This document shows, piece by piece, positions 41,124-48,932 of a stretch of 48,932 nucleotides of DNA. Location: positions 1 through 48,932 of the forward strand of contig CAZIVZ010000001.1 in NCBI GenBank assembly GCA_964542495.1, read 5' to 3'. The stretch's first letter is position 1. Each line of letters begins with the position of its first letter. Under the pieces are notes generated by a model that was given only the letters and a program-made list of their open reading frames with translations, was not told the DNA's origin and searched no databases. The translations under genes were made by a program, and so were the position numbers. The DNA is from an uncultured Aquihabitans sp. (GTDB lineage Bacteria > Actinomycetota > Acidimicrobiia > Acidimicrobiales > Iamiaceae).

Positions 41124-42669
41124 GCTGGACGAGGCGATTGAGGGCGCGGCTGGCGCCTTCGAGAGGCCGGTCGAACTCCACCATCAAGCTCACCCGCCAG
41201 CCGTCGGTGCGGTTCGCGACGCGATGCTCGAAGGTGTCGTCGAAGACGAACACCCGCCCCGCCTCCCAGGAGGCCCGCTCCGAGCCGGCCCAGATGTCGA
41301 CGCGGTGAGCCGGCTCCGGGACCACGATGCCGAGGTGGGCCCGCAGTACGCCCTTGTTCGGGCCGCGGTGGGCGCCGATGCGCGCCCACGGCCCGAGGGT
41401 GGAGAACATGGCCGAGCGCACGCCGGGGATCCCCCGGAGCACGGCCACGGTCTCGGGGCAGCGCGCCACCGCTTCGTCGGACCAGCCGGTGTTGTCCTTG
41501 ATCAGCAGCGCACGCCACGCGCCGACGTTGGGGAGCTCTGCTCCGGCCAGCGCCGACAGCGGCGGCTCCTCGCCGCCGAGCTGCTGGGTGGCCAGGTACT
41601 CGTGGGTGATGGTCGACGCCGCGGCCTCGAGGCGACCGACCCAGGGGAGCTCTGCGGGGTCGAGGAAGGCGCCCTCGTGGTGATCCTGGGCCGAGATGAC
41701 CTGGTGGTTCAGGGCGAGGAGCCGGTTGGCCAGGCGGGTGAGCGGGGGCCCGGCCACCGGGGGAGGGGCGCTCGGGCCGAGCGGCCGGTCCGCGTCCGGC
41801 GCCAGCAGGTCGGTGCCGCAGAGCCGGCTCGCCAGGCGCAGGTCGGCGTCCTGCCAGCACTCGGGCTCCACCTCGGCGGTGGCGGCCCACGGTTCGGGGA
41901 CCCGGTCTCGCAGCAGCGACGGCGTCTCCTGCCGGAAGAACTGGTCGTCCACCGTGAGCCGGTCGACCGTGCCGTCCCCGCGGCTCACCGGGTGCAGGAG
42001 CTGGGCCTCGACCGGGATGCACGCCAGCCCGGCGGCGAGGCGCACCTGGTCGGTGGTGTTGTCCGGGGAGGCGTGCACGAGGGCGTTGTCCATGATGACG
42101 GCCTGGCCGGCCTGGACGTCGACGGGGACGAGGCCGGCGGTGACGGCCTCGCTGTGGTGCGTGTACCAGGAGGCGGTCCTGGTGCCCCGGTACTCGCCGG
42201 CCACCCGGTGGCTGCCGGGGAGCACCTGGAGCGGGCCGTTGCCCCGGGCGGTGCTGACGTCCTCGAGGGCCACCCAGACCACGACGGAGCGGTATCGGCG
42301 CTCATCGATGTAGCACCAGTCCTGGTGGAGGTAGAGCTCGCTGCCCTGCCCCGGCCACTTGGCGAGGAAGGTGCACATGAAGGCCCGGTAGCCGTCCAGC
42401 AGCTGCTCGAGCGGGTCCTGCCAGCGGGTGGTGAGGGCGTCGTGGATCAGCTGCTTGCGGCGCGGATCGGCGCGCTCGAAGTCGGTCTGGAAGCCCGTGC
42501 CCGCCGGCGTGTCCAGGGTGGCGAACAGCTCCCGCGCCTCGCGGACCTGGTCCGCATCCAGAAAGGAGGTGACGGCGAAGCCGTCGGTGGCGAGCGACGC
42601 CTGGAGCGCGGGGTCGCGCAGCGTCGTGCGGAGGGCCACGGCGGGCACCGGGGGCGCGCTGAGCGTCAC
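41047..42669 (-). CDS. PhyH-family dioxygenase fused to an aspartyl/asparaginyl beta-hydroxylase (AspH/LpxO-like) domain
   Basis: LHQDWCYIDERRYRS, NGPLQVLPGSH, MDNALVHASPDN; CPETVAVL...MFSTLGP..RIGAHRGPNKGVLRAHLG...FDDTFEHRVAN. GTG start inferred. Confidence 0.9.
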   Translation of the reverse strand: MTLSAPPVPAVALRTTLRDPALQASLATDGFAVTSFLDADQVREARELFATLDTPAGTGFQTDFERADPRRKQLIHDALTTRWQDPLEQLLDGYRAFMCTFLAKWPGQGSELYLHQDWCYIDERRYRSVVVWVALEDVSTARGNGPLQVLPGSHRVAGEYRGTRTASWYTHHSEAVTAGLVPVDVQAGQAVIMDNALVHASPDNTTDQVRLAAGLACIPVEAQLLHPVSRGDGTVDRLTVDDQFFRQETPSLLRDRVPEPWAATAEVEPECWQDADLRLASRLCGTDLLAPDADRPLGPSAPPPVAGPPLTRLANRLLALNHQVISAQDHHEGAFLDPAELPWVGRLEAAASTITHEYLATQQLGGEEPPLSALAGAELPNVGAWRALLIKDNTGWSDEAVARCPETVAVLRGIPGVRSAMFSTLGPWARIGAHRGPNKGVLRAHLGIVVPEPAHRVDIWAGSERASWEAGRVFVFDDTFEHRVANRTDGWRVSLMVEFDRPLEGASRALNRLVQLSFRWHPHVRGANTRRAAVQRALEA

Positions 42670-42900
42670 GGGCCGGTACCGAGGGCCATGGCCACACCGG
42701 ATCCCGAGGCCACGACCTCCACGATCCATTCCAGGTCTGGGATCCGCAACACCCAGCGGACCCGCCCAGAGGCCAAGCATTCGACGCCGCCCCCGACCAT
42801 CCGTTCGAGACCCACGTCTCTTCCCTCCCCGGCGCACGGACGGGCCATCGCCGCTCCACGCTACCACGCAGGTCCGGAACCGGGCCGGGGACCCGCCTCC

Positions 42901-42933
42901 TACTATCTCGCCATGGACGGGCGTACGCGATGA
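42901..42933 (+). promoter_or_regulatory. Putative -10 (TACTAT) followed by leaderless 6-codon uORF MDGRTR (42913-42933) coupled to the NRPS-like gene
   Basis: TACTAT at 42901-42906, ATG 6 nt later, and its TGA overlaps the NRPS ATG (ATGA at 42930-42933). Confidence 0.45.
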
Positions 42934-45650
42934 CCCACGAGGCGCAACGGAGCGGGAAGGTCGTGGCCGACAGCGGCTGGCAGCCCTACCCGGTCGAGCT
43001 GGTCGACGCGACGGTGCACGCGGCGTTCCGGCGGCAGGCGGCCGAGACGCCGGACACCGTGGCCATCGCCGGTCCGACGCGCCAGCTGACCTACCGCGAG
43101 GTCGACGAGGTGTCGGACCGGCTGGCCCTCGCGCTCGTCGCCGCCGGGGCCCACGGCCTCGTCGTCGCCCTGGCCCTGCCTCACGACGTGGACCTCGTGG
43201 TGGCGGTGTTCGGCGCCTTCAAGGCCGACGCCACCGTGCTGATCCTGGATCCGTCGGCACCGACCGCGCTCAACGAGTCGATCGTGGCCGATGCCGGGCC
43301 GGCGGTGCTGGTTGTCGACGACGCCACCGAAGACGTCGCCGCCGCCCTGTCGGACGTCGTGGTGGTCCGCCGGTTCGGCTCCCTGCTGGACGATGGCCCG
43401 GCGGTGGAGGCGCTCGCCGGCTCGGCTGGTCCGGGAGACCCCGCGATGCTGGCCTACAGCTCCGGTACCACCGGCGGCGCGAAGGCCGCGGTGATCCCGC
43501 ACGGCGCGCTGCTCCACCTGTTCCGCGGTGCGATCGATGCCCTGCAGATCGGGCCGGGAGACCGCCTGCCCATGATCTTCCCCATCTCGCTGGCAGTCGC
43601 CGCCTACCCGATGTTCCTGCCGCTGATGGTCGGAGGATCGCTCCGGATCCGAGACGTGCGGGCCCACGGCCTGGCGGGCTTCCCCGAGTGGCTCGCCGAC
43701 CAGGAGATATCGGTGCTCTACGTGTCTCCCACCGTGGCCCGCTTCATGGGCGACGTCCCCGACGACGTCGACCTGTCCCGCCTGCGCCTCGTGGTGCTCG
43801 GGGGTGAGCGGGTCGATGCGGACGCCGTCGGCATCGTCCGCCGGGCGTTCGGCGGCCACGTGACCGTGGCCAACGGGTACGGGGCGACCGAGACGGGCGT
43901 GCTCACCTTCTTCGTGGTCGACCCCGAGGCCGAGTTCGGCCCCCACGGGGTGCCGGTCGGGCTCCCGATCCCCGAGACCGAGCTCCAGATCCGCTCGGCT
44001 GACGGCAGCATGCTCCCTGCGGGGGAGGTCGGGGACCTGTTCGTGCGGAGCCGCCACCTCTTCTCGGGCTACTGGAGGCGGCCCGACCTCGACGCAGAGG
44101 TGCTGTCGGAGGACGGGGGGATCCCCGTGTACCGCACGGGCGACGTCGGGTTCGTCGACTCGGTCGGGAACCTGGTGCTGGTCGGCCGCAGCGATGCGGA
44201 GGTGAAGGTCCGCGGCCACCGGGTGATCCCCGGCGAGGTCGAGCAGGCGCTGCTGTCGCTCCCCGAGGTGTCCGACGCCGTGGTCGACGCCCGTCCGGAC
44301 CCCAAGGGGACCAACGAGCTGGTCGCGTGGGTCGTCCCCGCCGAGGGCCAGGATCTGGGGTCCATACGGGAGGCGGCACGAGACGCCATCCGCGGCCCGC
44401 TCGTCCCCCGCCGGATGGTGTTGCTGGAATCGCTCCCGCAGCTTCCCAACGGCAAGCTCGACCGCCGGGCACTGCCCGACCCCGACGAGGCCCGGCGCCG
44501 ACCCGGCCAGGTCACCGCGCCCGCCACGCCGGTCGAGGCACGGCTGACGGGCATCTGGGAGGACATCCTGGGTGTGCGCCCACTCGGGGTGGACGACGAC
44601 CTCGTGGACCTCGGCGCCCAGTCGTTCGACCTCGCCTGGGCGCTCGTCCAGATCGAGGAGCAGCTCGGCGTGCGCGTGCCGATGGCCCGATTGCTCGACG
44701 TCCGCACCGTCGCGGAGCTGGCTGTGGAGATCGAGGACCTGCAGCACGGCACCGAGCCTGAGACCATCGTCGAGGTGCAACCGGGGGAGCCCGACCGTCC
44801 GAAGCTGTTCGTGGTCCACGACCTGCACGGCACCGCGTACGGGCTGCGGCACCTCGCGCCGTCGCTCGGCGCCGACCAACCGGTCTGGGGCTTCGAGTCG
44901 CCCTTCCTGTCGGGACGGGGCGACCGCGCCGGCAGCCTCGGCGAGCTGGCCACCCTCTACGTGGAGCGCATGCGGACCGTCCAGCCCGAGGGCCCGTACC
45001 ACCTGGCCGGCTACTCGTTCGGCGGCGTGCTGGCCTTCGAGATGGCGTCGCAGCTGGTGGCCGACGGACACGAGGTCGCGTACCTGGGGATCGTCGACGT
45101 GGGGCCGGGCTACCGCGGTCGCCACTACGACCCCAACAAGATGCTCGACAAGCCGTGGTCACGGATCCCGATGCCGCCGGACCGGTCGCTCCCGCTGGGG
45201 GAGAAGGCGGCGTGGTACCGGGACCTGGCCCGACGATCGCCCACCGACCTCGCATACCACCTGTCGCTGCGCAGCGGCCTCGACCGCTGGCTCGATCCGA
45301 TCCAGTTCCGCATCGACCTGCGCACCAAAGGTGCGGTGCCTCCGCACCGGCGCCTCTGGTACGCGTGGAGACGGCACTGGGAGCTGGGGCGCCGGTACCG
45401 CTGGGAGGGTCGCTCCTACCCCGGGCCGCTGCACCTGCTCTGGGCCGACGAGTCGGCCGCCACCGACGGCACCATGGGTTGGGGCTCGATCGTCGAGGAC
45501 GGGCTGGAGATCGTGCACGTCGCCGCGCTCCACGAACGGATGCTGCAGCCCGAGGAGGCGGCGGTGGTGGGAGCGGAGCTGCGGGCCGGCCTGGACCGCG
45601 CGCTGGGTCGTCAGCAGCACGCCCCGAGCGCGGGCCGCAGCACCCCGTAG
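42930..45650 (+). CDS. Stand-alone NRPS-like enzyme: adenylation, carrier (T) and thioesterase domains
   Basis: LTYREV, YSSGTTGGAK, NGYGATE, YRTGD, GRSDAEVKVRGHRVIPGEVE, PNGKLDR; LGAQS carrier serine; GYSFGG and LHERML thioesterase. Confidence 0.95.
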   Translation: MTHEAQRSGKVVADSGWQPYPVELVDATVHAAFRRQAAETPDTVAIAGPTRQLTYREVDEVSDRLALALVAAGAHGLVVALALPHDVDLVVAVFGAFKADATVLILDPSAPTALNESIVADAGPAVLVVDDATEDVAAALSDVVVVRRFGSLLDDGPAVEALAGSAGPGDPAMLAYSSGTTGGAKAAVIPHGALLHLFRGAIDALQIGPGDRLPMIFPISLAVAAYPMFLPLMVGGSLRIRDVRAHGLAGFPEWLADQEISVLYVSPTVARFMGDVPDDVDLSRLRLVVLGGERVDADAVGIVRRAFGGHVTVANGYGATETGVLTFFVVDPEAEFGPHGVPVGLPIPETELQIRSADGSMLPAGEVGDLFVRSRHLFSGYWRRPDLDAEVLSEDGGIPVYRTGDVGFVDSVGNLVLVGRSDAEVKVRGHRVIPGEVEQALLSLPEVSDAVVDARPDPKGTNELVAWVVPAEGQDLGSIREAARDAIRGPLVPRRMVLLESLPQLPNGKLDRRALPDPDEARRRPGQVTAPATPVEARLTGIWEDILGVRPLGVDDDLVDLGAQSFDLAWALVQIEEQLGVRVPMARLLDVRTVAELAVEIEDLQHGTEPETIVEVQPGEPDRPKLFVVHDLHGTAYGLRHLAPSLGADQPVWGFESPFLSGRGDRAGSLGELATLYVERMRTVQPEGPYHLAGYSFGGVLAFEMASQLVADGHEVAYLGIVDVGPGYRGRHYDPNKMLDKPWSRIPMPPDRSLPLGEKAAWYRDLARRSPTDLAYHLSLRSGLDRWLDPIQFRIDLRTKGAVPPHRRLWYAWRRHWELGRRYRWEGRSYPGPLHLLWADESAATDGTMGWGSIVEDGLEIVHVAALHERMLQPEEAAVVGAELRAGLDRALGRQQHAPSAGRSTP

Positions 45651-47014
45651 AGCGCCTCGGCCACGATCCTGGCCCCCCGCTCGTTGGTGTGGACCTGGTC
45701 CACGTACACGGTGGGCGCGTCGTCGAGGGTGTCGGCCAGGTCGACCACCTCGTCCGGGAGTCGGTCCCTGACCGTGCGGTGCAGGTCCACGTGGGCCTCC
45801 CGCACGAAGGGCGAGTAGCCGAGCCGCTCGAGGTCGGCGCGCTCGTCGGCGGTGAGCGTGCGGGTGAAGGCGTTCGGGTGCCAGACCTGCACCATGGCCA
45901 CGTCGTGGGCCTCGGCGACGGCGCGCGCCGACGCCATGGCCCGTCGGTACGCCGAGACGATGCCGTCGGCGCGTGCCGCGGTGGTCGATGCGGGCGGCCC
46001 GGGGGCGCGGTGGAGCACGGGATCGATCTCGAGGACGTCGAGGGGCGCGATCACCTGGCTCCCCGGGCCGATCCCCTGCAGCTGGGCACCCATGCCCACC
46101 TCGACGTCGTTGTACCCGTCGTAGAACACGACCAGGTCGGGGGCGCCGCGGACCTCCACCGCTCGGGCGAACGCCCGGGCCTCCTGCGCCGAGGTGTACG
46201 CGAACACCCCCCAGTTGACGATCTGGAGCGGCTCGCCGTCCGCGGCGGAGAGCCGGGCCACCTCGGACGCGATGGTGTGCGCATCCCGCTGCCCGCTGCC
46301 CCACGCCGTCGAGCCGCCGAACAGCCAGACACGCGGGCCCCGGTCTGCCGACGCCGGGGTGGCCCGCGTCCCTGATCGCACGCTCACCACGGTGCCGTCG
46401 ACGTGCTCCGGCAGAGTCCACCCCAGAGACCGATCCGGTTGCAGCGCGTCGAACACCGCGCCCTCCTCCGCCTGCATCGCCGCCACCTCCGCCTGGTCAC
46501 GGAGCGCGGCGACCTGGTGGCTCCCGCCGGTCGGCACCGACGGATCGATGGTCAGGGTGCCGCCTCCCTGGACGGCGGCGGCGAGGGCGGCAAAGGCCAG
46601 CACGGCGAGCGCGAGCCGGACCCCACGCCGCCGCGGCGGCTCCGGTCCGGGCGACGTCGTGACGCTGTAGCTGCGGGCGGCGGGCGCCGGCCCGGCGGCG
46701 GCTCGCCACGACGGGCGGACGCCTCGGCCCAGCACGTCGAGTCGCAGGACCCGAGACGCGATGCCCGCCGGAGCGATGACCAGGACCGCCCCGAGACCGA
46801 GCACGACGTTGGCGAGCATCGCCACGCCGTCTCGGACGACGACGTGCATCCCCCGGTCGATGGCCCGGTCCACCGCAGGCCAGAGGAGGATGTGGACCCG
46901 CACGAAGCCGAGGGCCAGCAGCACGGTCCCCGCCGGGGTCCGGCCCAGGCCGATAGCGGCGGCCCCGGCGATCAAGGGTGCGAACACCAGCGGCGAGGGT
47001 CCGGCGCGCCTCAT
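45611..47014 (-). CDS. SGNH/GDSL hydrolase family protein with N-terminal SxtJ-like membrane domain
   Basis: N-terminal NVVLGLGAVLVIAPAGIASRVLRLDVL; WLFGGSTAWG, NWGV, VFYDGYND, YVDQVHTNERG. Confidence 0.82.
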   Translation of the reverse strand: MRRAGPSPLVFAPLIAGAAAIGLGRTPAGTVLLALGFVRVHILLWPAVDRAIDRGMHVVVRDGVAMLANVVLGLGAVLVIAPAGIASRVLRLDVLGRGVRPSWRAAAGPAPAARSYSVTTSPGPEPPRRRGVRLALAVLAFAALAAAVQGGGTLTIDPSVPTGGSHQVAALRDQAEVAAMQAEEGAVFDALQPDRSLGWTLPEHVDGTVVSVRSGTRATPASADRGPRVWLFGGSTAWGSGQRDAHTIASEVARLSAADGEPLQIVNWGVFAYTSAQEARAFARAVEVRGAPDLVVFYDGYNDVEVGMGAQLQGIGPGSQVIAPLDVLEIDPVLHRAPGPPASTTAARADGIVSAYRRAMASARAVAEAHDVAMVQVWHPNAFTRTLTADERADLERLGYSPFVREAHVDLHRTVRDRLPDEVVDLADTLDDAPTVYVDQVHTNERGARIVAEALYGVLRPALGACC

Positions 47015-47328
47015 CGCTGAGCCGGCCCTTCTGGGTCGACGCTGCAGGCGATGATCACGTCGCCGGCGATCTGGCGGCGGTGGCCGGGGATGGCTGCCAG
47101 CCCCTGCGAGCGCAGCTGAACCGAGGTGAGCTGGGCGTCGGGCACGTCGGCGAGCAGACCCGCCCGCAGGTGGGCGGCCACGCACCCCACGGCCTCGTGG
47201 TCCAGTCCCGCGTCGGTGAGGAGCCACCCGACGAGGGCGGGGTGGGCCTGCGGGGGTGCGCCGGGCCCGACGAACGTCGCGAGCCAGACGGCGATCGCGG
47301 CCAGAGCGAGGCGGATGCCGTCGCTCAT
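47011..47328 (-). CDS. Small exported hypothetical protein (105 aa, two Cys)
   Basis: MSDGIRLALAAIAVWLATFVG signal-like N-terminus; translationally coupled at both ends (ATGA overlaps at 47325-47328 and 47011-47014). Confidence 0.6.
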   Translation of the reverse strand: MSDGIRLALAAIAVWLATFVGPGAPPQAHPALVGWLLTDAGLDHEAVGCVAAHLRAGLLADVPDAQLTSVQLRSQGLAAIPGHRRQIAGDVIIACSVDPEGPAQR

Positions 47329-48053
47329 GCTCGACGGTCTCGGCGGACGCGGAGCTCGGGGCCGTGGCGGGCCAGATCCCACAGCACCGCCAGGACCACC
47401 GCCGGGCTCGACAGCGAGGACGTCCCCGTGAGCCGCGGGTAGGCCACCACGTCGATCTGGTCGATCCGGGCGCCGCTGCGCAGGGCGCGGGCCAACAGCT
47501 CGGCGTCGCACAGCGGGCTGTCGCAGAGCGGGAGGGACTCGGCGATGAACCTCTGCCGGATGAGCTTGGCCGGGGCGTTCACGTCGCGCACCGGCAGGTT
47601 GAGGGCCAGCCGGACCAGCACGTTGAACCCGGTGGACATGGCCGAGCGTCGCACGCCGTCGCGCCGGTTCGTCCGCGCGCCGGAGACGAGGTCCAGGTCG
47701 CGGTCGATCGCCACCCGCAGCGCGTCCAGGGCCACCTCGGGTCGCACGGGCAGGTCGGCGTCGGTGTAGAAGGCCCACTCGGTGGCCACGGCACCCAGGC
47801 CCGAGCGCAGCGCCGCGCCGAGGCCCTGGTTCACCTCGTGGGTGACCACGCGGATGCGAGGATCGGCCCGGGCCAGGTCGGCCAGGATGGTCGGGGTGCG
47901 GTCGGTGCTCCCGTCGTCGACCGCGATGACCTCGATGGGGCCGACGCCGGTGGTGGTCATGGCGTCGGCGGCGGCGCAGACCTCCTGGAGGCACCGGCTC
48001 GCGCCGTCCTCCTCGTTCCAGAACGGGACGACGAAGCTCAGCGAGGTCGCCAC
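47325..48053 (-). CDS. Glycosyltransferase family 2 (DPM/DPG-synthase-like)
   Basis: SFVVPFWNEE, VDDGSTDRT, HEVNQGLGAAL, YTDADL, RDVNAPAKL, DAELL. Confidence 0.92.
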   Translation of the reverse strand: MATSLSFVVPFWNEEDGASRCLQEVCAAADAMTTTGVGPIEVIAVDDGSTDRTPTILADLARADPRIRVVTHEVNQGLGAALRSGLGAVATEWAFYTDADLPVRPEVALDALRVAIDRDLDLVSGARTNRRDGVRRSAMSTGFNVLVRLALNLPVRDVNAPAKLIRQRFIAESLPLCDSPLCDAELLARALRSGARIDQIDVVAYPRLTGTSSLSSPAVVLAVLWDLARHGPELRVRRDRRA

Positions 48054-48082
48054 GTCGTCGCTCGGCGGGGACGGGTCCACCC

Positions 48083-48931
48083 TCAGCCGCCGGTCACGGC
48101 CCACACGTCGACCGGGGTGGGCCCGAGGAGGCGCACGTACTCCGCTTGCAGGTCGTCGGGGAGGGCGGGCTCGATGACCCAGAAGTTGCGGTAGAGCGCC
48201 ACCAGCTCTTCAGCCGGGCGATCGAGCAGGCCGGACGGGTCCTCTTGGAGCCGGCGGACCTCCTGGGGCCCGATGCCCGCCCGTCCGAGCAGGGTGTCAC
48301 CCAGGTACCTCCTCCCGTCGCTGGTGAGCCGGACGGTGCCATGGGTCCGAGCCCGCTCCAGCAGGTCCTGCTCGAGCTCCCGCCGGGCCGCGTCGTCGAC
48401 CTCGGGGCGAAAGCGCGCCACCAGCCGGCCGCCCGCTGGTCGGGCCACGGCAGGGTCCTGGACGTGCAGCGTCACCAGCCCCGGCCGGTCGTCGATGACC
48501 CGGTGCTCCCCGAAGTTCGTGACCCGCGCCCGATCGACCCCGACGGTGAGGCCGCGATCATCGAGCCCAGCGACGAGGCCGTACATCAGCAACAGGTATC
48601 GGGCCCCGCCGGCTGCGGTGAGCCGGTAGGTGGCGTCGTGGGGGAGGGTGCGTTCGAGGTCGTCTGCCAGCTGCGGGGTGGCGTCGAAGAGCCAGCTGTC
48701 CGGATCGAAGTCGTTTCGGATCGGGAAGGGGATGCAGGCCTGGGCGGTGAGCACCAGCGCGAGGACGGTGACGGCGATGCCGGCCACCCGGGCCCGGGCG
48801 GGGCGAAGCTGCCAGGTGGTGGCCCAGCCGCCGACCAGGGCGAACCAGGCGAAGGGCCACACCGCCTTGTAGAAGCTCATCTGACCGGACTTGAGGGGCT
48901 CGTCGGGCAGGGCCGAGACGGTCAGCGCAGC
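48083..48931 (-). CDS. Partial CDS (5' end outside window): membrane protein with extracytoplasmic C-terminal region
   Basis: Frame is open to the window edge; TM segments (AVWPFAWFALVGGW, VAGIAVTVLALVLTA) followed by a soluble region. Confidence 0.65.
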   Translation of the reverse strand, partial: AALTVSALPDEPLKSGQMSFYKAVWPFAWFALVGGWATTWQLRPARARVAGIAVTVLALVLTAQACIPFPIRNDFDPDSWLFDATPQLADDLERTLPHDATYRLTAAGGARYLLLMYGLVAGLDDRGLTVGVDRARVTNFGEHRVIDDRPGLVTLHVQDPAVARPAGGRLVARFRPEVDDAARRELEQDLLERARTHGTVRLTSDGRRYLGDTLLGRAGIGPQEVRRLQEDPSGLLDRPAEELVALYRNFWVIEPALPDDLQAEYVRLLGPTPVDVWAVTGG

Positions 48932-48932
48932 A

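Noticed and set aside
41047-41700. lpxO / lipid A hydroxylation
   Set aside because: The domain is fused to PhyH, lacks LpxO's TM anchors, and the context looks actinobacterial with no lipid A genes.
45611-47014. Saxitoxin-type gene cluster (from SxtJ-like similarity)
   Set aside because: No SxtA-like PKS, amidinotransferase or carbamoyltransferase is present in the window.
1-48932. CRISPR arrays, tRNA/rRNA, IS elements, cobalamin or SAM riboswitches
   Set aside because: None recognised. Intergenic gaps are short (largest about 260 bp, 42670-42929), and repeated sequence is explained by coding paralogy. An Rfam scan was not possible.

Overview
Very GC-rich, gene-dense bacterial DNA, most consistent with an Actinobacterium (Acidimicrobiia-like; inferred from composition, paralogous amidohydrolases and leaderless TANNNT promoters). 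About 37 CDSs were found, and no rRNA, tRNA, CRISPR or mobile element was recognised. The window is a cell-surface glycan/glycolipid locus: a Wzm permease, an internally duplicated Wzt ATPase, three GT2s (one fused to GtrA), two paralogous GT-C-like membrane proteins, an NDP-sugar epimerase, a WecD-like acyltransferase, a PIG-L deacetylase and an SGNH protein. It is interleaved with a large battery of radical and oxidative tailoring enzymes: five complete (plus probably one partial) N-terminal-Twitch radical SAM proteins, most with a PAS-like C-terminal appendage; three cobalamin-dependent radical SAMs, two with a PqqD/RRE-like N-terminus; and seven PhyH-type Fe(II)/2OG dioxygenases, some fused to AspH-like or Zn-ribbon domains and one with an HxH metal site. 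It also carries a stand-alone A-T-TE NRPS-like enzyme and a catalytically dead paralogue of it. Several intact ORFs have lost catalytic motifs, including a KshA-like oxygenase missing its Rieske cluster segment. The best candidate for an undescribed system is this radical-SAM/dioxygenase/NRPS-like machinery for tailoring an ABC-exported surface glycoconjugate. All family calls come from motif recognition by eye; no searches were run.
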